This document shows, in pieces, positions 1-12,231 of a stretch of 64,000 nt of DNA. This DNA is from Haliotis rubra. Lineage: Eukaryota. The stretch is taken from assembly GCF_003918875.1 (NCBI RefSeq), contig NW_025764978.1:62001-126000 (forward strand), written 5' to 3'. Below the pieces are notes generated by a model, which worked only from the letters and a program-made list of their open reading frames with translations, did no database searches and was not told the DNA's origin. The translations under genes and the position numbers were made by a program. Positions within the stretch are counted from its first letter, which is position 1; the number at the start of each line of letters is the position of its first letter.

Positions 1-1450
1 TAATATAATTATTACTTGGGGAATAAAGCACTATATCATAAAACACCTGCATATTGAAGATAATTTAGTTTAGATGGGGAGTTGAGAAGTTGGACATAAG
101 AGGGTTGGGAACTTGATTGCGTATAAGTTCTACTAAGTAAAAAGTGTAAAGTATATTGTGACTTATTGTGCAGAACAGTTCAACTGTTGCTGATAAGCTA
201 ATAAGGAGTCTACTAAATAGATGAAAAAGGGGTTAAATGTTAAAAAGTAGGGCTGGGGAGGCAGAGTACGGTGTTTATGTTTTGGTTGTAAAACGTGCGG
301 TGTGTGGCCTTGACATTGTGAGTTAGTCTGGATAATCGAGTTTACACTGTAATGTGTGTGGCTGGATAGGGATGTTTTAAAGGGTTTATTCTGAATTTAG
401 GGTGCCCATTTTTGTTTGGTGTTTTGATATTTTGTTTTCAGACCCAGTCTGGTAGTTATTGAGTCATTTGGTTTCTTCTAGTAACTGTTATCTAGTAGGT
501 ACTAGTCTTTGCACCTATGGCATTTTTTATATATTGTAAGGAGTTTAGTTGGGGATAGAGAAGGACGGGAACCACTCACTCCAGTGTGTACATGATAAAT
601 GTTTTGTAGATGTGTAGGAGGGTTTATTTGGCTGCAGTGACCTCAATGCTCACAAATATGAAAGATACATTTTAGAAAGTCCGATATGCTTATGTGGACT
701 AGCAAAATGAGGATAGTTTTCACTTTTTCTTTACTTGTCCAACATATACTGTAACTCGAAATAACATGTATTTTTACCATAAGGATATACATTAGACTCA
801 GTACTATTCGGAAATGCCCATGCAACTGCACCTGTAAATATGCAGATTCTTGAATCTGTTCATTTATATATCGTAAAATCAGGCAGATTTGACGCCCTTT
901 TCTCATTTGACTGCATCCCAGTGAATGTCACCTATTGCTCTCATTCGATTTGAATCGTTTTGACATGAGCTGACCAAATTATAAACAAGATGATACAGGT
1001 AGATAGTTCCATGTATTGAACGAGTTTCAAGTCCTCCTCTGGAAACGAAAATGTTAGAAAGGTTAATTGGATACACGCGTAACCAATCACTTTTTCAAAA
1101 CCTATGCGACCACGTCCAGCTGTAGCCTTTACTTTACTTTTATTCTCAATAGACCACCAGTGGTGGTATTAGAGTACATATCACACACATCAATTATTAC
1201 ATACAGTCAAAATGGCGGAGGAGGGTAACAATATATTGTAGAAAACCAGTTGTTGGTATAAAATATTATCTAACTTTTGTCAGAAGAAAACATGGCGGAA
1301 AAGATGGGTTTTGATGGCAGAACAGGTTTGAAATTGGCGGACCAAAATGTCGCTTACATTATAATAAAGGAGTTGTATATCCATATAACTTTCCCCGTTG
1401 TTAAGCACACCAACTTCTAAATGCCATCTAAAGAAGTTCACTATATATGG
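1..1450. repeat. Left arm of long inverted repeat (partner 2680-3826); probably continues beyond the window start
   Basis: tagtttagatggggagttgagaagttggac (~66-95) is the reverse complement of ~3733-3763; aaatgccatctaaagaagttcactatatat (~1419-1448) matches 2681-2712 inverted; collinear similarity in between apart from indels. Confidence 0.93.
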
Positions 1451-2189
1451 CTAGACCAGCGTTTAACTGCGTACTATTTTCAGCTTTGATTAGACGAAGG
1501 TTTGACTGCATCCTTTTATTTGCTTTGATTACACCATTGACTGTGGAATGGTTCTGTTACTACATTGAGGTACCGAGGTGCTTTACTGTCACGTGCACCT
1601 CCTCTATCTTTGGGTAGGAGCGAATTGGGTTCATGTAGGTGAAGTTCTTCAGTTAATAAATTTCATCGTCTTTATTAATTCAAAGAAACTACAGCTGTAT
1701 TTGGATCACCCTGAAATACAATAAAGTGACATAAACATAAACGGTTAAGTTCCCATGCCTCATTTCTAATTCCTCCACTTATAACCAAACAGCGAGAACT
1801 GATAATTATTTTTGAATTGTCTACATACGGCTCATTTATAGTGTCACATACTTCAAAACTCTGTGAATGTGATGTATATGTAATAAACTGAGCTGCAAAA
1901 GAAACGCAAGCTCCAATTTGTTTGAAATGTAAGTGTAACTCACCATTCCATTAAGTTGGAATTGAACTGATGGCGTACAATATAGCGTCACAAAACCATC
2001 AACAATGAACCTAAAACATGAATATTGCACTTAGGCGACATATATTTCAATTCACACACTCACTCAGTGATTTTATTTTAGGATGATGGTTTGGATGTGG
2101 TTGATTGTCTTAGTGCTGGCCACTCATGGTGGAAATCGCCATGAAAATATACTCGTCACAACGCTTTATTTGTCATAGGTCCCTCCCGT

Positions 2190-2680
2190 TCATCTGGCAC
2201 TTCCGACACATTTCTCACACAACATCATAATTCAAAGAAAACCATAGAAAAGAACCAGTCAGACGAGAAAATTTGGAAACTTTTGGAAGCAGTACACATC
2301 AAGAAGATACGATCCGCTCTCAACAGAGATGAAGGATAGTACATTTCCTACCATCACTTGATAAAGTAATCAATAATATTTCTTGTGTACATTATCTGTT
2401 TCAATTCAACTATGTACATCAAACCCATCTTTTGTATATACATCCACCTGGCCTCCTATAAATTCTAATTCAGACCTTGTATATCACCCTTCTGGCTTCC
2501 AATCAACTTACTCAATCTCTTCTACAAGCGTTGTACATCAACCTCATTTAATATATATACAACTCATTCCCTATCTACTGTAATAAAAACTCATGAATAT
2601 ATTCTCTCAATTTGTTACTCATGTATCACTTATGGTGATTGCTTGACAATGACATTAGAATCTATGTCGAAACGTCACCT
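2190..2680 (+). mobile_element. Penelope-like retroelement 3' fragment (GIY-YIG C-terminus, 3' UTR, degenerate hammerhead-like motif)
   Basis: 2283-2336 translates LEAVHIKKIRSALNRDEG, the typical end of PLE GIY-YIG domains; 2643-2676 reads ttgacaat-GACAT-tagaatct-ATGTC-gaaac-gtc. Confidence 0.6.
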
Positions 2681-3826
2681 ATATATAGTGAACTTCTTTG
2701 GGTGGCATTTAGAAGTTGCTGTGCTGAACAACTGGGAAAGTTATATGGATATACAACTTCTTTATTATAATGTAAGCGACATTTTGGTCCGCCAATTTCA
2801 AACCCGTTCTGCCATCACAATATCTATCAAAACCCATCATTTCCTAAAGATTTCTTTTAACAAAAGTGAGATAATAGACATGTTATACAAAGAACTGATT
2901 TTCTACAATATATTGTTACACTCCGCCGCCATTTTGACTGTATGTAATAATTGATGTGTGTGATATGTACTCTTATACCACCATTGGTGGTCTATTGAGA
3001 ATAAAAGTAAAGAAAACTCTACAGCTGGACGTGGTCGCATAGGTTTTGAAAAGCTGATTAGTGTATCCAGTTAATCTTTCGTATCATTTTCGTTTCCAGA
3101 GGAGGACTTGAAACTCGTTCAGTATATGGAACTATCTACCTGTATCATCTTGTTTATAACCTGGTCAACTCATGTCAAAACGATTCAAATCGAATGAGAG
3201 CAATAGGTGGCATTCACTGGGATGCAGACAAATAAACCCTCCTACACATCTATAAAACATTTATCTTGTACACCTGGAGTGAGTCGCTCCCGTCCTTCTC
3301 CCCAACTAAACTCCTTACAATATATTAAAAAAACCACAGGTGCAAAGACTAGTACCTACTACCAATTAGTTACTAGAAGAAACCAAATGACTCAATAACT
3401 ACCAGACTGGGTCTGAAAATAAAATATCAGAATATATACAGAATAAACCCTTTAAAACATCCCTATCCAGCCACACATTACAGTGTAAACTCGATTATCC
3501 AGACTAACTCACAATGTCAAGGCCACGCACCACACGTTTCACAACCAAAACATAAACACCGTACCCTGGCTCCCCAGCCCTACTTTTTAACATTTAACCC
3601 CAATTCATTTATTTAGTAGACCCCTTATTAGCTTATCAGCAACAGTTGAACTGTTCTGCACAATAAGTCACAATATACTTTACACCTCTTACTTAGTAGA
3701 ACTTATACGCAATCAACTCCCCACCTTCTTACGTCCAACTTCTCAACTCCCCATCTAAACTAAATTATTTTTAATATACAGGTGTTTATCATATAGTACT
3801 TTATTCCCCAAGCAATAATTTATTAC
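2680..3826. repeat. Right arm of long inverted repeat
   Basis: Reverse complement of 1-1450 with scattered substitutions; lacks the ~270 bp insert present in the left arm. Confidence 0.93.
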
Positions 3827-4094
3827 GTTTTGGTTAAACACACCTACCACGTCGGTCGATGAATTGTGGCACTGTCTCAAGTCGATAGTTGGGAGTTCAG
3901 GGACAGACAGACATATACGTATGTACACAAGCCATTCTTGTAGAGTATGAGATATTATTGCACATACATTTAGAACAATACCTTTTCCACATAATAGTAG
4001 ATATATATATGTGTGAAATATGCACACATAAAACGACTAGATGAAAGGCACATGGTGTATAAAATTCCACCACTGATACAATACAGCCCGACGG

Positions 4095-4320
4095 GGAGTT
4101 GGTTTGGTTGGTCTGTTGTTTAACACCGCACTAGGCAATATTCGAGTATGGACCAGACAATACAGTGATCAACATTATGAGCAAAAAAACGCCACGGAGT
4201 TGGGTTACGATGACATTGTCAACCAACCAAGTCAGCGAGCCTGACCACCCGATTCCGTTAGTCACCTTTTACGACAAGCATGTGTTGCTGAAGACCAATC
4301 TAACCCGGATCTTCACGGGT
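4095..4320 (-). mobile_element. Short retroposon family B (non-tRNA head), copy
   Basis: Reverse complement cccgtgaagatccgggttaga...catgcttgtcgtaaaaggtgactaacgg; homologous to copies at 24928, 26066, 44970, 46760 and 47093. Confidence 0.85.
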
Positions 4321-4967
4321 AACATGGGGAGTAGGCAAATGTGTAGCTTAGCCCAGTGAAAAACAGAGCTCATAAAACAGGACTCATAAAATACCTAAAG
4401 GTATTTAAGAGAAGTTATGGGCGTAAACTTCTGTATTTGTATAACACGATGCAACAGAGTATATTCTTATCCTCCATCGAGTGAATGAAGAGACTAGAAA
4501 CTAGGAAACAGAAAGCTAAAGACGTACAGTGATAAACAAACAGTGATAAGATAACAAGGGAAGCCAGTACTTAATTAGCGCTAAATTGGTAGGGTGGATG
4601 GACAAATGGAAGCCAGGGATTGTTAATCCCGGCATGAATAATGAGATAACAATGGTGGCATTTAACAAGGGAAATGACAATAAAGAAATGCAAGCCAGGA
4701 ATTAATCCAGACCTAATTAGTGATGTAACAATAAATTAAATGATTGTTATCCTTTTTACAGACATTTTAAGAGCGCTCATTTATTTCAACGAAAACACAC
4801 TCGGTTTCTGGTGTTATTGTTGGATTATTGTTTGGACAAGTCAAAGGATTAATTACAAAATTGCCACAGAATTCGAAAGCATGTTAAACTGACAATAAAG
4901 CCTCCTGTTGGATTAAATCATACGCAGGTTAGACGTCATGTGCAGACAGGGCAGAATTATGTGAAAT

Positions 4968-5572
4968 ATCGCTTTCTCGCTCTATCGCTTTCTTGCTCTA
5001 TCGCTTTCTCGCTCTATCGCTTTCTCGCTCTATCGCTTTCTCGCTCTATCGCTTTCTCGCTTTATCGCTCTATCGCTTTCTCGCTTTATCGCTCTATCGC
5101 TTTCTCGCTTTCTCGCTTTCTCGCTTTCTCGCTCTATCGCTTTCTCGCTTTCTCGCTCTATCGCTTTCTCGCTCTATCGCTTTCTCGCTTTATCGCTTTA
5201 TCGCTTTATCGCTTTCTCGCTTTCTCGCTTTCTCGCTTTCTCGCTCTATCGCTTTCTCGCCTTGGTATATCGCTTTCTCGCTCTATCGCTTTCTCGCTCT
5301 ATCGCTTTCTCGCCTTGGTATATCGCTTTCTCGCTCTATCGCTTTCTCGCTCTATCGCTTTATCGCTTTCTCGCGTAATGGTATCGCTTTCTCGTCTCGT
5401 GCTATCGCTTTCTCGTCTCGTGTTATCGCTTTCTCGTCTCGCGTTATCGCTTTCTCGTCTCGCGCTATCGCTTTCTCGTCTCGTGCTATCGCTTTCTCGT
5501 CTCGTGCTATCGCTTTCTCGTCTCGTCTTATCGCTTTCTCGTCTCGTGATATCGCTTTCTCGCTTTCTCGCC
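4968..5572. repeat. 7-mer-based simple repeat (TCGCTTT/TCGCTCTA variants) with a 21-bp higher-order unit in the 3' part
   Basis: Direct inspection; ORFs 4940-5584 and 4993-5706 are translations of this repeat. Confidence 0.97.
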
Positions 5573-5940
5573 TCCGAATTTTAAGGCGAGAAAGCGATGG
5601 CCCTAATCAGCCACCATACATACATGCTATTACCATGTTATACGTGTATTGTGATATGAAAATAATCACCATAGTCGTCATTGAAGGACTTTGGGTTATT
5701 AAATGAATCTTGTTACAAGCAATAAATGTGTGAGAGCGGGTACTCGGTTTGTTGTATCAGGAAGGTCCACAATAAGGCTGCTATTTACAGGTAGACCAGG
5801 ACTATGGACTGTTTCTTCAGAATGATCTGCAAGTTAGGCTTAATAACTATTTGTGTGATAAGGAACTTATTATCGTACCACTAGACCGAAAAACGTCCTA
5901 ATTGAATGTGATTGTTTTACTCGATGTATTGTGCAACAAT

Positions 5941-6082
5941 GAGTGAGTGATTATGATTTTACGCCACCTTTAGCAATCTTCCAGCACTATCACGTCAGAG
6001 GACACCAGGAATGGACTTCTCACATTGTACCCACGTTGGGAATCGAACCTGTGCCTTCGGCCAAACGAGCGAACGCTTTAAC
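5941..6082 (-). mobile_element. tRNA-derived SINE family A, degenerate copy
   Basis: Reverse complement contains B-box ggttcgattccc and ends gctaaaggtggcgtaaaa...cactcactc; homologous to 11007-11160. Confidence 0.8.
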
Positions 6083-6948
6083 CTTTATCATACCGGTACT
6101 AGATTCGGTATGAGTCTACAGGAGAGTGTCATAATGGTGTAAATAAGACAAATCCAAAATTTCATACTGATATCTTGAACAGCTCCACAGATACAGGTAT
6201 GTTCCTATAGAGGAAAATTGGCAGGATCATCGTAAAAATGAAACAAAACTATACTTTTGTAACACATCTTTTACTTTTTGGAAGTTTAGTGAACAAAACT
6301 TTCTTTAACACATAAATCGATGATGCAGGAATGTTGCCGGAAGAGCTAGGTAATGAAATAGTTGTTAAACGATCACATAAATTACGATGATTAGTATATA
6401 ACGCAGCTGGGATGCGTTTTCTTCCCAAACTTTCAGCGACTAAAATCATGTAACAAGTATACCTGAATGTTAGTCCAGCCTTGTCACCAGGCCATCTGGT
6501 TCTAATGGGGGATTTCAATATCCATGTTGATTCTGTGTCTGACCCCTTTGCAAAATCCTTTTTGTGACATCTTTCAATCTCCTACAGCACGTGTCTGGTC
6601 CAAGTCCCCGATCAGGTCATACACAACTAGTCATCACCAAGGATAGTTGATATATTGTGGATGTCGTTGATGTTAGTGACAGATATCTGATCATTCACTT
6701 ATTCAGTGTTCTGTCAAACTTGCTACACTTAAGCAAGTGAGAAAATAAATTAGCTACAGGAAGACTTGAAATATAGATATTAGACAGTTTTCAAATCACA
6801 CTGAATCTTCTGAGCTGCTACAGTCACATCCCTTGATTCTTGGGGAGTTGATGATCAGACTGATCTGTTAACTACTTGCTTATCACGAATATTAGATAAG
6901 CATGCTCCTCTAAAGTCTAGTTCTGTTGCCATTCGATCTTGTAATATA

Positions 6949-7646
6949 CTGTAAACGTATTATATTTCGCGCAGGTTTTGAAGACAGAAATCTACAGGAA
7001 TCTTAAAATGACGACTGATAGTAGCATAAAGAATCATACTTAACTGTCGCTGTAATGGATTTCCCAAAACATAATTAAATAATGACCGAAATCCCATCGC
7101 CTAATTAGCGAAAACAGCAATGTGTGTTGTGGCCGCCATGGAAATTGGTCACATGACAGATGGTTTGATACAAAACAGATTACCATGAAACGACTCGGAA
7201 AGAAATAATACAGCAGTTTTTTTATTTATTCATTAAGATTTTATTTACCAGTACATCATGAAGCGAATAGTCACTTAACACTCAATCATCTCATTCACAA
7301 CAACCCGGCTTGTTTGAAATCACAAAGAGCTTCATATACAATAGAAGTTAATTCGTCAGATCGTCAGAATTCGGAACATAAGACTGATGTGTTTTTCATC
7401 TCTCCCGTGAGTAAACGGATTACTGTGTACTAGTATATCGCACAGATAGGGATTTCCTGTGAGTAAGCAATAAACGCCGCCTGACAGGTTAAGCCACTCT
7501 GTTTGTTTTCACTGCTATTAGTGGCGGCCAAAGAGGCAGCTGGCAGTTCCGGCAATTACTGACTGCGCGAATAATTGACCGCGCGATGTAGTCTAAACTG
7601 TCAATTCCGCGAAAATTGCACCACGCGAAAATAAGTACGTTTACAG
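6949..7646. mobile_element. Non-autonomous TIR element (MITE-like) flanked by TA
   Basis: ta-CTGTAAACGTAttatatTTCGCG ... CGCGAAaataagTACGTTTACAG-ta; ~24-bp imperfect TIRs; no ORF. Confidence 0.85.
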
Positions 7647-7730
7647 TATTCGTTGTTGAGCAGTCTCTTGAAGCTGGATACAAATAGTACACTAGCAAAT
7701 AGATTTGCCGTTTTTTCCACGCCAAGTGAC

Positions 7731-7835
7731 GGCCTCCGTGGTCTAGTGGTTAGAGCGTCCGCCCGGAGAGCGGAAGGTCACGGGTTCGATCCCCGACAGC
7801 GTCATGTCAAAAGACGTTAAAATATGGTACTTGTA
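7731..7835 (+). mobile_element. tRNA-derived SINE head (distinct family), truncated
   Basis: A-box gtggtctagtggttagagcg and B-box gggttcgatcccc, followed by non-tRNA gtcatgtcaaaagacgttaaaatatggtac; acceptor stem not formed. Confidence 0.7.
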
Positions 7836-8623
7836 CTTAAGTAGTATGTATTTGTCTGAACTCTCCTTAACCGAAGAAATAACATAGGTTATATCCAAAG
7901 CTAAAACAACTTCTAGCCTGGAAGCCATATTATACCAACATGGCTATGTAAAGCAAGCTTGGATTTTCTCATCAGTCCATTATCCAATTGAAGGATGCTA
8001 CGGTTCCCAAAGTTTTCAAACTGGCAATCGTCACTCCTCTCATTAAAAAGGCCAATTTAAATTCGGATGAGTTAAAAAAAAAATACCGACAAGTATTTAA
8101 TCTGTCTTTCATTTCAAAATGTTTGGAGAAAGTTTTTTCACGAAGGCTTGAAGAACACCAAATCAATAAACCTGCTTGAACCCTTCAAGAGTTTTTACAA
8201 ATCAAAACCCAGCACAGAGACTGCACAAATCCTATCTGTCCGCCAGAACTCAGGTGTTCAGGATTGGCGACATTACGTCATTTCCGACAATAGGTAACGT
8301 TGTTGTTCAGCAGGGTTCAGTTCTGGGGCCTTTGCTTTTCAGCATAAATATCATTCCAAAAGGTGATATAATCAGGAAAAACAGTTTGGTGCTTCATCTC
8401 TATGCTGACAACAATCAGATCTTCATATCTATAAGGCCATCTAAAACCGCTACTGGGATCAGTGAAATTGAAGACTGCGTGAGGGAGGTTAGATCCTGGA
8501 TGACTGTCAATATTCTCAAATTAAATGACAGTAAAACATACTTTCTACTACTTGGTTCCAAGCTAGCTATTCTGAATTACTTTTTCTTATATCTCCTGTA
8601 CACTGAGGAACCTATGTGGATGG

Positions 8624-8860
8624 TGTGAGTGGATGGCTCATCGGTTTTACGTATATTGTTTCTTATTACAACAGATCATGTCGAAGTAAGACTGACTGAC
8701 TGACTGAGTTTGGCTTTACGCCGCTTTTAGCAATATTTCAGCAACATCACGGCGGGGGACACCAGAAATGGGCTTCACACATAGTACTCATGTAGGGATT
8801 CGAACCCGGGTCTTCGGCGTGACGAGCAGACGCTTTAACCACTAGGCTACCCAACCGCCC
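8624..8860 (-). mobile_element. tRNA-derived SINE family A with 3' extension and 13-bp TSD
   Basis: cctatgtggatgg at 8611-8623 and 8861-8873; Pol III A/B boxes on the minus strand; (CAGT)n tail. Confidence 0.9.
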
Positions 8861-8939
8861 CCTATGTGGATGGAAGTTATAAAAATATATTTATTTATTA
8901 TTATGCTTCACAGACTAAAAATAATATTTATCAGAAAGG

Positions 8940-9330
8940 GTTCGGTTGATCATGTGGCACAGTCAGGCTGGTAAGGCTCATCATCAGCTCAAGGCCCTAG
9001 CCCCCTCTACACGCAGCCCAGTGTCGAACCCACCAAAATGTTTTCGGACAATATGTAGACTCCCCAACACTGCAGCCTTCTGCATTACCCATAGTGTCAG
9101 AAGGGCTGTGCTCCCGGTGGAGAACCCGGCACCAAACCAAGGGCACCAAGAACAATGGGGAGGCTGACGACAGTGTAGTTGGGATGCAAGCAAGACATTT
9201 CAAAGGCAAGGTCCGCATATTTAGCATGCTTTTTCTGTATCTTGCCAATCACTTTGTCAAAAGGGACATAAAATTCAATTACATAAATACATTCATTGGC
9301 TTTATCAAAAAGGAGAAGATATATCATTCC
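8940..9330 (-). mobile_element. 3' end of a restriction-like-endonuclease non-LTR retrotransposon (R4/Dong-like)
   Basis: ORF 9097-9327: LLFDKANECIYVIEFYVPFD..KKHAKYADLAFEM..LPIVLGALG; homologous to 57700-58225. Confidence 0.7.
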
Positions 9331-10495
9331 AAATAAAGAATTGAACAGATCATTCGGGTTTTTTCTTATCTATTAATGCAGATGATGTGAAAATATTAAT
9401 TTTAACGATGATCCTGCCAATGTTCCCATGGTAACATTAAACTTCAATTCAAAATTTTGACCTAAATTCCTGCTACCATGATAACATTTCTTTTGACACT
9501 TTATACCTACATCATTTGTTTGTAAGGACATGTGAAAACAAATAATGCAATTATATTTATCAAATCTTTTATAGAACGTTTTTCGGTTGAAAGCAGGTTT
9601 TTATGCATTTTTGTACCCTCGTCAATTCTTTTAAAAAACTCAAAAGTATGGTTTTGAAATGTTAGATCATTAGCAATTATCGTAAGATTAATATAGACAA
9701 AAAGCATTAATTTATCTTCACGCATAAAAAAGTTACAAAGCATTTTATGACATGTTCCCATATGGGAAAAAGGTTAACCACTAGGCTACCCCAGCGACCC
9801 TGTAGATGGATGAAGGAGCACCGCGTACATTATGTTCAAAATTAATCATTGTTATTGCTGCATGATAATTTGATAACTTCTTTATCCTTCTTTCTTTCTG
9901 TGAGAATTAGGAAGTTGTATACCCATCAAATTATCTTCATTCTGTTTTGCACACACAATACTCACTTAATGAAAGAACTAAACACTACTGCACCCGTTTT
10001 CCGTACTTTTCAGAGGACATGATATGTTTATGGTCACGTTTGCGTACTTATTCAAAGAAACATATTCGCCAGTTTTGCATACATACACAAGTAAGAATAT
10101 CAAGCATGTTAAATGGTGTAGTCCTACAGATGATATCACAATGAAAAGAAAAACGACAGTTTGACAGCCAACCTATTTCAGAACAAAGTATAGTAACTTG
10201 ATTGTGTTTTGTGTACCTATATTTACTATATGACTACACTTATTTCCAAGCTTGTTTGACGTTTACAATTGATGTTGTTTGTAAACAGTGTTGGTAAACG
10301 TCCGTCGAGAGTTTAAATCAAATTATGGTGTTGAAACGTGTGAAACCGTGACAATGCCTATACACTGCTGAGCGACACACCCATACTATGTGGACCTAAC
10401 AAATAATCAATTGTCCCATGCATTCGGATCAACGTTATAATATGTAATGTTTAACTTTTTTCCCAATACTCGAGCTTCTTCGTGTCCAACAACTG

Positions 10496-10840
10496 AGTGA
10501 GTGAGTTAGGTCACATCGGCAGAATTTCAGCCATATCGTCACTAAGAAAGTTATAAACTTATAAATGAAGAAAAACAAATTTACATAATATACGTACCTG
10601 TCTGCAATGGACAATAAAACAACTAGACTATCACTGGTCGAACTGAAAACTAGTAATTCGAAGTGAAGTTAAAACTAATAGCACAATTTGGACAATGCAT
10701 AATATGAAAATAGGCTATAGATCGCCTACAACTGAAGGTAGATCACCATATTAGGAACCATGGGGACTTACAGTACCTTTGCTACCTGCATGGACCCTAG
10801 TTGATCTACGGTATCCCTTCAGCTGCTGGCGGTTGCCATG
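10496..10840 (-). repeat. Dispersed repeat (retroposon 3' part); second copy at ~12225-12500
   Basis: Both copies share gagtgagtt..cacatcggc and ggctatagatcgc..caactgaaggtag..caccata. Confidence 0.75.
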
Positions 10841-11006
10841 TCCAACGAAGTCTATATCATACCTATATCAAACCCAATATCAAATCACATCACATCACAT
10901 CACATCACATATATCACAGCTTTATGACGTAAGTGTATCATTGAAATTTATACATCCTTTACCTTATATTTGGTGACTTTCAGGCGTGTATATCTCAAAC
11001 ATACTG

Positions 11007-11160
11007 GGGTAGCCTAGTGGTTAAAGCGTTGACTCGCCATACCGAAGACCCGGGTTCGAATCCCCACATGGGTACAATGTGTAAAGCCCATTTCTGGTCT
11101 CCCGCCGTGATGTTGCTGGAATATTGCTAAAAGCGGCGTAAAACCAAACTCAGTCAGTCG
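11007..11160 (+). mobile_element. tRNA-derived SINE family A
   Basis: ggggtagcctagtggttaaagcg..gggttcgaatcccc..gctaaaagcggcgtaaaaccaaactcagtcagtc. Confidence 0.9.
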
Positions 11161-12176
11161 GGCAGTCTTAAACATACATACTTCACTTTCAATTCTACAC
11201 GAATTTCTCGAGTACATACATGTATGTGTATGTTTAAGCATGTTCATACTATGGCTAATATAAATAAGGTAAGCCTTAAACAAAGTATCTGTCTGCCTGC
11301 TACGGATAAACATCTAACATGAGGTACAATATGTCAGTGAGAAAGGTTCCTCTTTCAATATGCAATAAATCCCAAAATTGGTTATTTAGTTGCCGCCTAA
11401 TAGATAAAACCAGAGGGAATTATACACTTAAGGAATAAACACCATGCTAGGTCAAGAGGCAATCTTTCAAGTTCAACCTCGTTACACTCGCGTACATATG
11501 TCAACACGCCCTGCTCAATCATATCATAGGCTGATGTGACTTTAAATATTAACTCACTCACTGGAGATAATCCAGTATTGAAATGGTTTCGTCAAGCTAA
11601 AAGATGATGGTGTTGGTCTTGCATTAACATATCGTGTATTCTACCATGACATCCAAGAATCCCCGAGCCTTACGGATTCATAATTACCAATCATAATGAT
11701 CAATGATTGACTAATCCGCTTATTAATGCTTATTTACGTAGTCATATGTTGCAATGTTTTATGACCTTTATGCGACAATCAAATCGGCCACTATTTAGGC
11801 TTTCCGTTTGAGCATTGTTATGTGAGAAAGTTTGAGGACAATCTTAGTGTTACACGTTGAGAAATGCAGTTACGAACAACTAGCCAATATCTTGAAAGTG
11901 ACGTAGCCAAAATCCAGTTGTTATCAGCAATTCCACTTCCAATTTTGGAAAAAGAATTTTGCAATATCTACCTACGGCGTTATTACCGGATCTTTATGCC
12001 TAATCTTGATCTAGTCTACTAATATACATATATAACCTCCGATAAAGTACTTTTACACGGAACATGATTTTCAACTTTTTCTGGGCACTCCGAAAGTTTG
12101 CCTTGGCCCAACTTCTACCCAGTGAACAGTTTCCTAGTGGTGTGCAGATGCAGAATGCATTTCCTCCAGGTTTACG

Positions 12177-12231
12177 AGTGAGTGAGTGAGTGAGTGAGTG
12201 AGTGAGTGAGTGAGTGAGTGAGTAAGTGAGT
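12177..12231. repeat. (GAGT)n microsatellite, expanded retroposon tail
   Basis: Direct inspection. Confidence 0.95.

Larger units (their letters stand above)
6480..8570 (+). mobile_element. Decayed CR1/L2-type LINE (APE endonuclease and RT fragments), interrupted by a MITE and a SINE
   Basis: GHLVLMGDFNIHVD (~6490), LDKHAPLK (~6892), FKLAIVTPLIKK..NLSFISKCLEK (7988-8179), QQGSVLGPLLF..HLYADNNQ..LKLNDSKT (8176-8570); stops and deletions. Confidence 0.88.

Noticed and set aside
1460-1712. Possible minus-strand exon after a tttcag acceptor
   Set aside because: Stops in the frames examined and no recognisable motif
4940-5706. 214-aa and 237-aa ORFs (RFLALSL/YRFLAFS repeats)
   Set aside because: Translations of a stop-free simple repeat, open in several frames
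7731-7805. tRNA gene (also 11007, 8790-8860 and 35568)
   Set aside because: A/B boxes present but no proper acceptor stem; continue into SINE bodies and tails
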